A DNA stretch of 64,000 nucleotides from an uncultured virus (IMG/VR IMGVR_UViG_3300042562_001845) (lineage: Duplodnaviria; Heunggongvirae; Uroviricota; Caudoviricetes). The notes beneath the pieces were generated by a model. That model was not told the origin of the DNA, ran no database searches, and saw only the letters and a list, made by a program, of their open reading frames with translations. A program made the translations under genes and the position numbers. The DNA lies in IMG/VR virus record IMGVR_UViG_3300042562_001845. The stretch is one strand, 5' to 3'. Of the stretch, positions 1-10,371 are shown one piece after another. Position 1 is the stretch's first letter. Each line of letters begins with the position of its first letter.

Positions 1-237
1 AGCCAAGACTTGAGTAGAGCAAACATTATTTGTAAAGTAAAGTCCGCAAATCCAAGTGGATGCTATCCTTATATGGATACTATGTGTTTCATAAACATAA
101 ACGAAAATATCATCGGAAACTCTATGGATGCGGTTGATCCAGATGGACAATACTCAGACGACTACGATGAATACGACGGACCAATCAGAGTAGCTAGATC
201 TACTGAGGGAGATTGGTTTTCGCCAGACAACTACTAA
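1..237 (+). CDS. 5'-truncated hypothetical phage protein, paralog of 58890..60674
   Basis: Frame open from base 1; YPYMDT motif shared with 58890..60674; followed by a terminator. Confidence 0.6.
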   Translation, partial: SQDLSRANIICKVKSANPSGCYPYMDTMCFININENIIGNSMDAVDPDGQYSDDYDEYDGPIRVARSTEGDWFSPDNY

Positions 238-248
238 AAAGATATAAC

Positions 249-280
249 AAAAAAAGAGACTCGTTTGAGTCTCTTTTTTT
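249..280. terminator. Bidirectional intrinsic terminator
   Basis: AAAAAAAGAGACTC-gttt-GAGTCTCTTTTTTT between convergent genes. Confidence 0.85.
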
Positions 281-761
281 ATTTCATTAAATATTCTACT
301 ACTGATTTCCAGTCTGGAAACTTTTCTTGTCCGAAGTGCAGCCATTCTCCTTCAAACTCTTCTTGTCCGAATCCTCCCTGGTCGTCTATAAGATAGTCTC
401 CTTTAACCAAAGATTTGTTTGGTATCAATATAGTCTTCTTAACTACATCTGGTCCCAGATGATCTAAAACCCATTGAACTTTCTCTGTATAGCAGTTTAC
501 GTTCTGAAAAGAAGGACGTGTTAAGATCCATACGTCATACTTTGTTTCAAGTAATCTATATGATTCGACCGCGTCTTTTATCTCTGCTAGTTTAAGGAAG
601 AATCCCCATTGTGATTGCGGATAAGGCTGTAAAGGGTTTACCTCTTTAGCTTTTAGTGATGCCCCATAGAAGTCACAGAGTACTCCATCCATATCTACAT
701 ATACTTTCTTTTTTGCGTTGTTTCTCATGCTTATACGCATACGCATCATATTCTTTTTCAT
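279..761 (-). CDS. 5'(3')-deoxyribonucleotidase (HAD, NT5C-like)
   Basis: VYVDMDGVL and KGDYLIDD HAD motifs. Confidence 0.85.
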   Translation of the reverse strand: MKKNMMRMRISMRNNAKKKVYVDMDGVLCDFYGASLKAKEVNPLQPYPQSQWGFFLKLAEIKDAVESYRLLETKYDVWILTRPSFQNVNCYTEKVQWVLDHLGPDVVKKTILIPNKSLVKGDYLIDDQGGFGQEEFEGEWLHFGQEKFPDWKSVVEYLMK

Positions 762-765
762 AGAA

Positions 766-773
766 CAAAGATA
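766..773 (-). promoter_or_regulatory. Bacteroidota housekeeping-sigma -7 element TATCTTTG
   Basis: TATCTTTG 4 nt upstream of the ATG at 761; motif recurs ahead of about 10 minus-strand genes. Confidence 0.65.
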
Positions 774-1436
774 CTAAAAATTTGGTTTATTCTCTTCTAA
801 TTTTGATAAAATATATTCCATTGCTTCTTCTGCAGTATCTACTACTGCAAATAGGTTTAGATCCTCTTTAGAAACTTTACCGTCTACTAACATAGTTTTT
901 TTGATCCATTCAACCAATCCTTCCCAATAATCTTTACCAACTAAAACAATAGGTAATGGTCTTAAATGTTTCGTTTGTATAAGTGTTATAGTTTCAAATA
1001 GTTCATCTAAAGTTCCAAATCCACCTGGAAAAGCAACAAAGGCTTGTGAGTATTTTAAAAAGAAAACTTTTCTTGTAAAGAAGTATCTACACGTAACTAA
1101 TTCATCAATAAAATTATTAGCACTTGTTTCAAATGGTAGTTCAATCTGTAATCCAATTGATTTACCATTACCATAAGCACCTGCATTAGCGGCTTCCATT
1201 ATACCTGGTCCTGCACCAGTTATTACACCGTATCCACTTTTAACAATCAATTTTGATAGTTTAATGGCTTCGTTATAATATTTATCATCTTGTTTTGTTC
1301 TTGCGGAACCAAAGACTGATATACATGGTGATAAGTTTGATAGTTCGTCAAATCCTTTTATAAATTCTCCTTGAATTCGTAAAACTTGCCAAGCATCTTC
1401 TGCTTTTTGATTATATTTCCACTCTTGATCTTTCAT
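774..1436 (-). CDS. LOG-family nucleotide phosphoribohydrolase (TIGR00730-like)
   Basis: VFGSAR, TGAGPGIMEA, PGGFGTLDE motifs. Confidence 0.9.
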   Translation of the reverse strand: MKDQEWKYNQKAEDAWQVLRIQGEFIKGFDELSNLSPCISVFGSARTKQDDKYYNEAIKLSKLIVKSGYGVITGAGPGIMEAANAGAYGNGKSIGLQIELPFETSANNFIDELVTCRYFFTRKVFFLKYSQAFVAFPGGFGTLDELFETITLIQTKHLRPLPIVLVGKDYWEGLVEWIKKTMLVDGKVSKEDLNLFAVVDTAEEAMEYILSKLEENKPNF

Positions 1437-1439
1437 TTA

Positions 1440-1832
1440 TTATATAATATTTAAGAACTTCAAATGTTGTTCTAACTTAGTGTTATATTCAGAAAAAGCA
1501 CCTTGTTTTAAATCTTCGAATGTTATCCAAGCAACTATACCAGATTCTTTGGTAGAAACTTCACCATTGTAATCGGTTACTAAATAAACTGCTGCTACAA
1601 ATTCTCCATCTTCTCTTAAAAAGATTGGTGCTACAGATTTAACATCTAATCCGGTTTCTTCTTTTACTTCTCGAATTACTCCTTCTGTCATACTTTCTCC
1701 TTCGTCTACCTTACCACCGGGTAAGCCAAATAGTTTAGAGTTGTCTTTTCGAGATACTCCTAGAAGTTTTGTCTTGTCTTCGTTGAAGATAAGTGCCACT
1801 GCTGCCAGCTTTGCTTTTTTTGTTTCTATCAT
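1440..1832 (-). CDS. NUDIX hydrolase (start revised to MIETKK)
   Basis: Nudix box GGKVDEGESMTEGVIREVKEETGL; AATATATA-N4-ATG at 1832. Confidence 0.85.
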   Translation of the reverse strand: MIETKKAKLAAVALIFNEDKTKLLGVSRKDNSKLFGLPGGKVDEGESMTEGVIREVKEETGLDVKSVAPIFLREDGEFVAAVYLVTDYNGEVSTKESGIVAWITFEDLKQGAFSEYNTKLEQHLKFLNII

Positions 1833-1864
1833 AGAGTATATATTTACATACAAAGATACAAAAA

Positions 1865-1889
1865 AAAACCCACTCAATGAGTGGGTTTT
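1865..1889. terminator. Intrinsic terminator after dnaK
   Basis: AAAACCCACTCA-a-TGAGTGGGTTTT. Confidence 0.8.
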
Positions 1890-1895
1890 GATTAT

Positions 1896-3788
1896 TTATT
1901 TAACTTCTTCAAAATCTGTATCTTCTACTTCGCCATTACCACTAGGTTCTGTATTAGTACTTTCGTTTTGAGGTTCTTGAGAGCTTTCTTGATACAATCT
2001 AGTACTGATTGCATTCCAGCTTTCGTTTAACTTTTCAGAAGTTGCATCAATCCTAGCAACATCTTGCTCAGTATATGCAGCTCTTAAAGCATCTAAGTCT
2101 GTTTTTAATGTAGACTTATCTTCTTCTGTAAGTTTTTCGTCAAATTCTTTCATTTGTTTTTCAGTTTGGAAGATTTGAGTATCTGCTTGATTAAGTTTTT
2201 CAACTTTCTCTTTTTCAATCTTATCTGCTTCTGCGTTTAATTCAGCATCAGCTTTCATTTTCTCAATCTCTTCTTTTGTAAGTTGAGATCCACCTTCGAT
2301 TCTAATCTTGTTTTCTTTACCAGTTGCTTTGTCTTTAGCAGACACAGACAAGATGCCATTTGCATCTATATCCAAAGTTACCTCAATCTGAGGAACTCCT
2401 CTTGGTGCTGACATGATTCCGTCAAGATTAAATCTACCTAAAGATCTATTATCTTTTGCCATTGCTCTCTCACCTTGAAGAACGTGAAGCTCTACAGATG
2501 GTTGGTTGTCAGAAGCAGTAGAGAAAGTCTCACTTTTTCTTGTTGGGATTGTACAGTTCGCCTCAATAAGTTTAGTGAATACACCACCCATTGTTTCGAT
2601 TCCTAATGATAAAGGAGTTACATCTAATAAAAGAACGTCAGTGATTCCTCCTGTCAATACAGCACCTTGAATAGCCGCTCCTAAAGCAACAACTTCATCA
2701 GGGTTTACTGATTTGTTAGATTTCTTACCGATGAACTTCTCGATAGCTTCTTGTACTGCTGGGATTCTTGTAGAACCACCAACTAAGATTACTTCATCAA
2801 TATCAGATGGTTTTAAGTCTGCATTTTTTAATGCACTCTTGGCACAAGCAATTGCTCTATCTACTAAAGAAGAAGTCATTTGGTCAAACTTAGACTTAGT
2901 CAATTTCTTAACAAAGTGTAAAGGCATACCATCTTTCGCAGTGATGTAAGGTAAGTTGATTTCAGATTCACTAGTAGATGATAACTCAATCTTAGCTTTC
3001 TCAGCAGCATCTTTCAATCTTTGTAAAGCCATAGCATCTTTCGCTAAATCCATAGCGTGCTCAGATTTGAACTCGTCAAGCATCCAAGTGATGATTGCGT
3101 TGTCAAAGTCGTCTCCTCCTAAGTGAGTGTCACCGTCAGTAGATTTAACTTCGAATACACCATCACCAATCTCTAATACAGATACGTCATGAGTTCCCCC
3201 GCCGCAGTCAAATACTAAGATTTTAGAGTCTGTGTTCTTTTTGTCTAAGCCATAAGCCAATGCCGCTGCAGTTGGTTCGTTGATGATTCTTTCTACTTTT
3301 AAACCAGCGATTTCTCCTGCTTCAATAGTAGCTGTTCTTTCTGCATCACCAAAGTATGCAGGAACTGTGATAACCGCTCTTTTAACTTCATGACCTAAAT
3401 AGTCTTCAGCAGTTTTCTTCATTTTTTGAAGAATCATTGCAGAAAGTTCTTGTGGAGTATAGTCTCTACCATCGATATTCACTACAGGAACATTTCCAGT
3501 TTTTGATTTTTTCACTTCATAAGGAACTCTTTTAGTTTCATCAGAACAAGCTGAATAATCTTTTCCAATGAATCTTTTGATAGAGTAGATTGTGTTTTTT
3601 GGATTCGTTACAGATTGTCTTTTCGCAGGATCTCCAATTTTTCTGTCGTTTTCTGTGAATGATACGATAGAAGGTGTTGTTCTTCTTCCTTCTGAGTTAC
3701 TGATTACGACTGGTTCGCCGCCTTCAACGACTGCCACACATGAGTTAGTGGTTCCTAAGTCGATTCCAATAATTACGTCTTTTGCCAT
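1896..3788 (-). CDS. dnaK: Hsp70 chaperone DnaK
   Basis: [35 protein letters not shown]; acidic tail ending DFEEVK. Confidence 0.98.
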   Translation of the reverse strand: MAKDVIIGIDLGTTNSCVAVVEGGEPVVISNSEGRRTTPSIVSFTENDRKIGDPAKRQSVTNPKNTIYSIKRFIGKDYSACSDETKRVPYEVKKSKTGNVPVVNIDGRDYTPQELSAMILQKMKKTAEDYLGHEVKRAVITVPAYFGDAERTATIEAGEIAGLKVERIINEPTAAALAYGLDKKNTDSKILVFDCGGGTHDVSVLEIGDGVFEVKSTDGDTHLGGDDFDNAIITWMLDEFKSEHAMDLAKDAMALQRLKDAAEKAKIELSSTSESEINLPYITAKDGMPLHFVKKLTKSKFDQMTSSLVDRAIACAKSALKNADLKPSDIDEVILVGGSTRIPAVQEAIEKFIGKKSNKSVNPDEVVALGAAIQGAVLTGGITDVLLLDVTPLSLGIETMGGVFTKLIEANCTIPTRKSETFSTASDNQPSVELHVLQGERAMAKDNRSLGRFNLDGIMSAPRGVPQIEVTLDIDANGILSVSAKDKATGKENKIRIEGGSQLTKEEIEKMKADAELNAEADKIEKEKVEKLNQADTQIFQTEKQMKEFDEKLTEEDKSTLKTDLDALRAAYTEQDVARIDATSEKLNESWNAISTRLYQESSQEPQNESTNTEPSGNGEVEDTDFEEVK

Positions 3789-3819
3789 ATTGTTTTTTTT
3801 ATTTTTTTACTTTATACTT

Positions 3820-3870
3820 TCAAATTACGTGCCAAAATATTTTTTATGACATTTTGTCAGGCAATTGTCA
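3820..3870 (-). promoter_or_regulatory. Sigma54-like -24/-12 promoter with upstream TGACA-N3-TGTCA palindrome
   Basis: Minus strand TGGCACG-TAAT-TTGA (3834-3820); TGACATTTTGTCA at 3847-3859. Confidence 0.55.
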
Positions 3871-4033
3871 GTTTGCTTACAGATTGTTATATAAACAAAG
3901 GAAAAAAAGTTTAAAAAATATTCTGTCTACATGTCTTGCCATTGTTGACATGTTTTTCACAAACCCTTGCCATGGTTGATAAATATCATTTTTTTTGATT
4001 TTTTTTTAATATATAATCAAAACTATTAAAAAG

Positions 4034-6220
4034 ATGGATAAATATAAAAACAAATCATCTATAAAAGCAAAAATTGCACTTGGACTGGCAATTTTTGTCA
4101 TGTCTATATTCTTCATCGTGAAGACTATGGTATTCATGGAAGAAATTCCATCAACTCCGATGACGAGAGGAATAGAATATGGATGCTTTCTACTATTCAT
4201 ACCAATCTTTGGAGTATTCGCAAAGGAATTTCTAAAAAGAGGTAAAGAAGATGCCAAGCAAGGAATCTATCTAAAAAAACTAAACAATGTTCTTATAGAA
4301 CAATCACATAATCATTTATTTTATGAAGGTGATGTAACTAATGGTGCAAAAGCTTTAGTAAAAGAAGTAACCAATTCAATCGATGCAGATAGATGTTCTA
4401 TTTGGCTATACAACGAAGACAAGACTTCTATATTATGTGAACAGCTTTATGTAAAAGCAGAAGATAAGTTCTACCAAAATATAGAACTTTTTGAAAAAGA
4501 CTTTGGTGGATACTTTGAACATCTTACAATAGATCCTATAATAGTCGCAAATGATGCAGAGACACATCCTGCAACAAAATGCTTTACAGAATCTTACTTA
4601 AAGCCACTTGGTATAAAGTCTATGCTAGACGTTCCAATCGTATATAAAGGAAAAGTTATAGGAGTTATCTGTATAGAAAACCTTATACTTAGAGAATGGC
4701 AAAAGGTAGAAGTTGACTTTGCACAAATGTTATCATCTTTATATTCGTTTGCTTATTCAGTAAGAGAATCAAATATTGTTTCAAATGAACTTATTGAAAT
4801 GGAGAGATTCATAGATGAGGCAAACATTATATCAAAGGCTGATAAAAATGGGAAGATAACATATGTGAATAAAAAATTTACAGAAGTTTCTGGATGGACA
4901 TTAGAAGAAGCTCTTGGTAAAGACCATAATAAAGTAAACTCCGATACATATACTAAAGATTCGGAAGAAGTACCATTTATCGCAATACCGCCAGAATTCT
5001 GGAATAACATGTATAATACCGTAATAAAAGATAAGAAAATCTGGAATGAAGTGGTTACCAACAAGAAAAAAGACGGAAGCCTTTACTATTTAGACACTTA
5101 TATTAAGGCATCATTTGATAAGAATGATGTTCTAAAAGGGTTTACATCTATTAGACAAGATTTAACAGAACTTAAAAATAAAGAAGTTGATATCAGCAAC
5201 AGGATGAATGCGATAAACAGATCTAACGCAGTAATCGAATTTGATATGGAAGGAAACATAATATATGCAAATCATCAGTTCTTAGATACACTTGGATATT
5301 CTTTCGATGATATAAAGGGTAAAAAACATAAAATATTCTTAGAAGAAGAGTACAAAGACAGTAAAGAGTATAAAGACTTTTGGCAAGTACTTAAAAATGG
5401 AGAATATTTTATGGGAGAAATAAGAAGAGTCAAAAAAGATGGTTCTATAGTATTTCTTCAAGCAACCTACAATCCAATCATTGGAACGGATGGAAAGCCT
5501 TACCGAATAATGAAGATTGCAAACGATATAACACTTTCTGTAAAACAACAGATTGAGATTGAAAGAAAGAATACTTATTTAGAACACTCAGCTAAGATAC
5601 TTAGACACGATATGCATAGTGGAATAAACACTTATATGCCAAGAGGTTTAAACTCATTAGAACGTAGATTGACAGAAGACCAAATAAAAGAGTTAAAGAT
5701 AGAAGCACCTATCAAAATGATTAAAGAAGGTCTTAGACATACACAAAAAGTTTATAAAGGTGTTTATGAGTTCACAAACCTTGTTAAGAAAGACGTTGTT
5801 TTAAATAAAGCAGAGTGTGATCTTAAAGCTATTTTAGAAGATTACTTATCAGCAACCGCTTATAAGAACCAAGTAGTGATAGAGGATATTGGAACAGAGA
5901 ATGTCAATGAAGCTCTTTTTTGTACGGCACTCGACAATCTTATCAGAAACGGATTGAAGTATAATGATAGTTCAAGTAAGGTTGTAAAGATATACAGAGT
6001 TGAAGATGTTCTTTTCGTAGAAGATAATGGTAGAGGAATGACTCAAGAAGATTTTAAAGCATTATCAGAACCTTATACACGAAAAGAAGGACAGAAAGAA
6101 AGCGGGACCGGTTTAGGTTTAAATATATGTGTAGCAATTTTAGAAGAACATAAGTTCTCTATAACATGTGATAAACTACCTGAAGGTGGAACGCAACTAA
6201 AAATAAATATGAAAAAATGA
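4034..6220 (+). CDS. Membrane sensor histidine kinase (2TM-GAF-PAS-PAS-HisKA/HATPase)
   Basis: GAF (IKSMLDVPI...GVICIE), two PAS/PAC, H-box ILRHD, N-box NLIRNGLKY, DNGRG, GTGLGL. Confidence 0.92.
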   Translation: MDKYKNKSSIKAKIALGLAIFVMSIFFIVKTMVFMEEIPSTPMTRGIEYGCFLLFIPIFGVFAKEFLKRGKEDAKQGIYLKKLNNVLIEQSHNHLFYEGDVTNGAKALVKEVTNSIDADRCSIWLYNEDKTSILCEQLYVKAEDKFYQNIELFEKDFGGYFEHLTIDPIIVANDAETHPATKCFTESYLKPLGIKSMLDVPIVYKGKVIGVICIENLILREWQKVEVDFAQMLSSLYSFAYSVRESNIVSNELIEMERFIDEANIISKADKNGKITYVNKKFTEVSGWTLEEALGKDHNKVNSDTYTKDSEEVPFIAIPPEFWNNMYNTVIKDKKIWNEVVTNKKKDGSLYYLDTYIKASFDKNDVLKGFTSIRQDLTELKNKEVDISNRMNAINRSNAVIEFDMEGNIIYANHQFLDTLGYSFDDIKGKKHKIFLEEEYKDSKEYKDFWQVLKNGEYFMGEIRRVKKDGSIVFLQATYNPIIGTDGKPYRIMKIANDITLSVKQQIEIERKNTYLEHSAKILRHDMHSGINTYMPRGLNSLERRLTEDQIKELKIEAPIKMIKEGLRHTQKVYKGVYEFTNLVKKDVVLNKAECDLKAILEDYLSATAYKNQVVIEDIGTENVNEALFCTALDNLIRNGLKYNDSSSKVVKIYRVEDVLFVEDNGRGMTQEDFKALSEPYTRKEGQKESGTGLGLNICVAILEEHKFSITCDKLPEGGTQLKINMKK

Positions 6221-6654
6221 TAGATTCAATTTTATTAGTGGATGACGAAGATTTATTCCACTTAGTATTCGAAGACGCTTGTAGTCTTTTAGATATAACC
6301 CTTTCTTTACAAGGACTAAATAGTTCTGATGAAGCAGAAGGCCTTTTCAAAAAATGGTTTAATGAAGGACCAATCGATGAAAAACCAGAGTGTGTATTCG
6401 TTGACTTAAACATTATTGGTTCATCTTTCGATGGGATTGAACTTATTCGTAAGATAAACTTTGAATATGGTAATCACGTAGTAATCGGAATTATATCTTC
6501 TTCTGACGAACCAACAGAACAAGCTAAAGCTATTTCAGCAGGTGCTCAATTCTGGATAATCAAATCTGACGATATCGAACCAAGACTTGAAGAGTTCAGA
6601 AAAGACTATGATGGATATAAAAACAGAACGAACCCATTCAAGATTTATAAATAA
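6217..6654 (+). CDS. Single-domain response regulator (receiver)
   Basis: LLVDDE, VFVDLN (phospho-Asp), DGIEL, IISSS, IIKS; overlaps the kinase stop. Confidence 0.9.
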   Translation: MIDSILLVDDEDLFHLVFEDACSLLDITLSLQGLNSSDEAEGLFKKWFNEGPIDEKPECVFVDLNIIGSSFDGIELIRKINFEYGNHVVIGIISSSDEPTEQAKAISAGAQFWIIKSDDIEPRLEEFRKDYDGYKNRTNPFKIYK

Positions 6655-6657
6655 GTC

Positions 6658-7338
6658 ATGATAAAAATTGACAAAGCAACGAAAGAGGCATTATTGGATC
6701 TATATAAATCCAAAAAGATTGCATTAGAAGGAAATATCCTAAAGGTTATAGATTCTGATGGTGATTTAGAATTTGATACTTATGTAAAGGATTCGATTGA
6801 GAAAGACAAAGAGAATAGAAGAAAACGTCTTGATATAACCAAACAGATACAAAATAAAAACAAAGAGCTTTTAGAAGGTGAGGTTGAAAAAGAAAGAGTA
6901 AACTTAGAATTGGTTGCAGCTCTTGAAGAGGCGGAAGAATCTAAAAAAGAAGCAATAAGTGCTAAAGAACAGGCAGAACTTGCCAAAGAAGAAGCTGAAA
7001 CGGCTAGAGAAGAAGCTGAAGTTGCAAGAACAGAGGCAGAGAAGTCTAAGATTGAAGCAATAAACGCAAAGAATCTTGCAGAAGGTGATTTAGAACTTAT
7101 GCAGAAAAGAACTCAGTTTGAGTTGATTGGAACTATTGTAAAGGTTGCACTTTGGGTTATCTTAGGAGTTGGTGTAATAACTACATTAGTTTTTATGATA
7201 GCACTCTTCGCCGGTAAGGATACCGCAGTTATTGGATCGACCTGGAGTAATATAATAGGAATACTTCTTACGAACTCATTCAGTATTATAGGAACAATAA
7301 TGGGTGTCAAATACGCATCCAGTGATAAAAAAGAATAA
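6658..7338 (+). CDS. Coiled-coil protein with two C-terminal TM helices
   Basis: EA-rich heptad repeats then two hydrophobic segments; co-oriented 3 nt after the receiver gene. Confidence 0.75.
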   Translation: MIKIDKATKEALLDLYKSKKIALEGNILKVIDSDGDLEFDTYVKDSIEKDKENRRKRLDITKQIQNKNKELLEGEVEKERVNLELVAALEEAEESKKEAISAKEQAELAKEEAETAREEAEVARTEAEKSKIEAINAKNLAEGDLELMQKRTQFELIGTIVKVALWVILGVGVITTLVFMIALFAGKDTAVIGSTWSNIIGILLTNSFSIIGTIMGVKYASSDKKE

Positions 7339-7369
7339 AAAAAAGTGTCAGATTTCTGACACTTTTTTT
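7338..7369. terminator. Bidirectional terminator
   Basis: AAAAAAAGTGTCAGA-tt-TCTGACACTTTTTTT. Confidence 0.85.
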
Positions 7370-7468
7370 ATTTTAACATCATATCCAGGTGCTGGACTAT
7401 TCTTATTTGATATAGGAGTCCAAGCAGTTTCACCATCGGTGAATCTTTTAATACGTACTTTTCCTCGC

Positions 7469-7705
7469 TTACGATTTATTACACTGAACTTTCTTAACTT
7501 CATCTTCCCACTCTTTTTTTGATACAGACACCGTTGACTTATGAAAGTGTTCGTGTCCGATTCTTTGTGCTTCAGAACCTCTATCGAAGTCCCAAAACCT
7601 TGCTTCCGCCGAAGAACATTGTAGTGTGACCGTTTGTCCACCACCATCTGTCTTGTAAAGGTACTCTCCGCAAAGAGAGCACTTATACTTTTCGATCTTA
7701 GTCAT
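7469..7705 (-). CDS. Small putative Zn-binding protein
   Basis: CSLC...C...H; AATATATA-N4-ATG. Confidence 0.55.
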   Translation of the reverse strand: MTKIEKYKCSLCGEYLYKTDGGGQTVTLQCSSAEARFWDFDRGSEAQRIGHEHFHKSTVSVSKKEWEDEVKKVQCNKS

Positions 7706-7715
7706 ATACTATATA

Positions 7716-8927
7716 TTAATCTGCGTTTTCGTCTTCTGCAACATCTATGAAGAAAAGAGACGCATCTCTTTCTTTCAAGAATTCTCTGGCGACTTTTAAC
7801 TTTCTTGTTTGGTCTGAAACCCAGTCTTTAGCTAAGTCATAGACATCAGCATTTCCTTTTGATAAAGACATAACATATCCAAAGTTTCTTTCTTTCTTAT
7901 ATTTCAAAGCGAAAGTCTTTCTCATTAGTTGTAATCTTAAATCTCCAGTCCAGTCTTTACCTACACCACCTTCTAAAAACAATTCGTAAGAGTTGTTTAT
8001 ATCTTTAACTTTTTCAGACACAGTGTGTTTTACAACAGCTATTATCTTTTCGATTCTAGCGTGTGCTTCAACTTCTTCTTCTGGTACTTGACCAAGAACG
8101 TCGTCTATTTTTTCATCCAAGACATATCTAACCAATACGTGTTCTCTGTATAAGTCGTTAGTCAATAAACCATGTCTTTCACAATACCAAGCAGTCTTAA
8201 CTTTTATGAAAAGTCCGTTGGAGAATTCTATGATCCATCCTTCTTTGTCCTCTACTGATTGAGACAAATCAACAAGCTCGTCTAATGAAGCAACATCAGA
8301 TGGTGCCACTTTCAAAGAACCTATTTCTTTAGAGAATTTAGACAAGTCTAAGTATTCTCCAGTTTTGTTATCTCTTAATCTCAATAATATCAATTCTTCG
8401 TCTAAGTATCTTAAAACGATTCTGTTGTTTGGTGCAACATATTCGAATACAGCCACATAGTCTTTTTCTAAAGACCAGTCTACAAATCTTTTCAAATCTG
8501 CGTTTGATTTATACAATCTGTTCATACCGGCTGCTTGGTCAGATTCAAAAGACATTTTAGATTTACCCAACACAGATCCGTTTGGTAATCTTATAAAGGA
8601 CGCAACAGAACCATCTTCTTTGTTGTAGATAGATCTTATACCTAAATCAGCAACCAAAGAGTATTGAGACTCTGGAACTTGGTTTAAGTTAAAGAATTTG
8701 TGTAGTAATAAATATCTGTTGAACAAAGAACCATCTTCGTTGAAGACAAAAGTCAAGCCTCTCATTTCGAATGCAGAGTTGTCTATGAAGTCAGAGTACA
8801 TTGCTAAACGGTAGTTGAAGATAGATACATTATATCCTTCAACCACGAATTTTGATTCGTAGAATGGAGCATCTACACCTAAAGTAAGTGCAACCGCTTC
8901 GTCGTATGATAATAAGTATCTTTTCAT
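7716..8927 (-). CDS. T4 Rnl1/RnlA-like RNA ligase
   Basis: EMRGLTF, KFFNLNQ, motif I KEDGS, FEY, EGWII, KVK. Confidence 0.88.
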   Translation of the reverse strand: MKRYLLSYDEAVALTLGVDAPFYESKFVVEGYNVSIFNYRLAMYSDFIDNSAFEMRGLTFVFNEDGSLFNRYLLLHKFFNLNQVPESQYSLVADLGIRSIYNKEDGSVASFIRLPNGSVLGKSKMSFESDQAAGMNRLYKSNADLKRFVDWSLEKDYVAVFEYVAPNNRIVLRYLDEELILLRLRDNKTGEYLDLSKFSKEIGSLKVAPSDVASLDELVDLSQSVEDKEGWIIEFSNGLFIKVKTAWYCERHGLLTNDLYREHVLVRYVLDEKIDDVLGQVPEEEVEAHARIEKIIAVVKHTVSEKVKDINNSYELFLEGGVGKDWTGDLRLQLMRKTFALKYKKERNFGYVMSLSKGNADVYDLAKDWVSDQTRKLKVAREFLKERDASLFFIDVAEDENAD

Positions 8928-8979
8928 TTTCTATATATTTTTAATACACAAAGATACGGATAATTTCGATATATACAAT

Positions 8980-9489
8980 ATGAGTAGAAAATCATCAGTA
9001 AACAAAATAAAAAGAGATAACTCTAAGTCAAAAAACATCGAGTCTGCTATGTGTATGTATCTATATGAGAAATCACATTCACCAATCACTACAAGATTCA
9101 CAGGAATGGGTCTTCAAGAGTGTGATGTAATATCTATATCAAAGTCTGACTACATATATGAATATGAGATTAAAACCAGTAGAGCAGATTTCAAAAAGGA
9201 TTTCATTAAAGAAAAACACACACATATAATAAACGAAAAGTACACACGAACTATAAAAGGACAGTTGACATATCTTCTTCCTAACTACTTTAGCTTCGTT
9301 ACACCAAAGGATTTGATATCTGTCGATGAAGTTCCTGAGTATGCTGGTTTAATCTATATGAATGAAGATTCTTCTTTTGAAGTTGTAAAGAAACCAAAGT
9401 TATTACATAAGACTAAGGCGAATGAAGAGTTCATAAGAAAATTAGCACATAATCTAAGTTGTAAACTAATATTCAATAAGATTGCTTAG
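8980..9489 (+). CDS. PD-(D/E)xK nuclease-like protein (MmcB-like)
   Basis: ECDV...EYEIKTSRADFKKD; VPEYAGLI. Confidence 0.7.
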   Translation: MSRKSSVNKIKRDNSKSKNIESAMCMYLYEKSHSPITTRFTGMGLQECDVISISKSDYIYEYEIKTSRADFKKDFIKEKHTHIINEKYTRTIKGQLTYLLPNYFSFVTPKDLISVDEVPEYAGLIYMNEDSSFEVVKKPKLLHKTKANEEFIRKLAHNLSCKLIFNKIA

Positions 9490-9905
9490 GACTTCTTTTC
9501 TTTTTCGTATCTATCGATAACTCTTTTTCTAAGTTCTGTTGTAGAGAATGAATGTCTTCTGGTGTTATAGTACATTTCGATATGTTCTAAATTCTTACCA
9601 GTAAAATCTTTGTCTTTATATTCATCACCAACAACTCTTATATTTATAGGATAAGTGTATAAAATATCCAATAAATCTTTTTCTGTTGCATAAACAACCA
9701 CTTCATCTACATACTTACACGAATCCAATTGTATAAATCTTTCGACAACACTTTGTATTGGTTTATTTTTTTCGGGTCTGTCAATAGTTGGGTCTGTTTG
9801 AAGTCCTACTATAAGATAATCGCATTTTGACTTTGCTTCTTTAAGCATCATTATGTGTCCTGCATGGAATAAATCAAAGCAAGAGCAAGTGAATCCTGTC
9901 TTCAT
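9486..9905 (-). CDS. Cytidylyltransferase (TagD-like)
   Basis: FDLFHAGH (HxGH), LIVGL, STTELR. Confidence 0.85.
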   Translation of the reverse strand: MKTGFTCSCFDLFHAGHIMMLKEAKSKCDYLIVGLQTDPTIDRPEKNKPIQSVVERFIQLDSCKYVDEVVVYATEKDLLDILYTYPINIRVVGDEYKDKDFTGKNLEHIEMYYNTRRHSFSTTELRKRVIDRYEKEKKS

Positions 9906-10141
9906 ATATTTAATAGGAATAGATTTATCATTCGATCAGTTTTATCGAATTGGTTTCCATCAGCATCTGTGATTTCTATAGTTCCAGTAGAGAAGTTCTC
10001 TATCAGAAAATAGTCGTTCAGTATGTCGTCGCTCTCACACTTCTCGAAAACAACATGTTCTTTGGTCTCCCAGACGTAGGAGATTCCAAGCTGTTCTTTT
10101 TGTCGGAACAGATTAGTGTTTGTTACCCTTTGTGAAATCAT
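9902..10141 (-). CDS. Hypothetical protein
   Basis: Coupled ORF in minus-strand run. Confidence 0.55.
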   Translation of the reverse strand: MISQRVTNTNLFRQKEQLGISYVWETKEHVVFEKCESDDILNDYFLIENFSTGTIEITDADGNQFDKTDRMINLFLLNI

Positions 10142-10347
10142 AATATATTGATGTCTTTAGGTATCTGTTTTTCTGTTATTTCGTATTCCTTAACACCTGT
10201 TTTTGTGTTGTTTACAACAACAAATCTAAAAGTGGTTTTGTTCTCATATTTTCTTCGAACATGGTAATACTCTTCTATAGAACTCGGTGTATGTACCGTG
10301 CCCAAATGCTTTCTATCTTCTGTATAATTCAATGTTTTCATAGTCAT
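10138..10347 (-). CDS. Hypothetical protein
   Basis: Coupled ORF; AAAC-N15-CATATAA upstream. Confidence 0.55.
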   Translation of the reverse strand: MTMKTLNYTEDRKHLGTVHTPSSIEEYYHVRRKYENKTTFRFVVVNNTKTGVKEYEITEKQIPKDINIL

Positions 10348-10371
10348 TATATGATAAAATCCAAAAAGGTT

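Noticed and set aside
7348..7647. 99-aa ORF overlapping 7469..7705
   Set aside because: The long overlap is unlikely; only the C-terminal part from MKLRKF (about 7503) may be a real short gene, and support is too weak to list.
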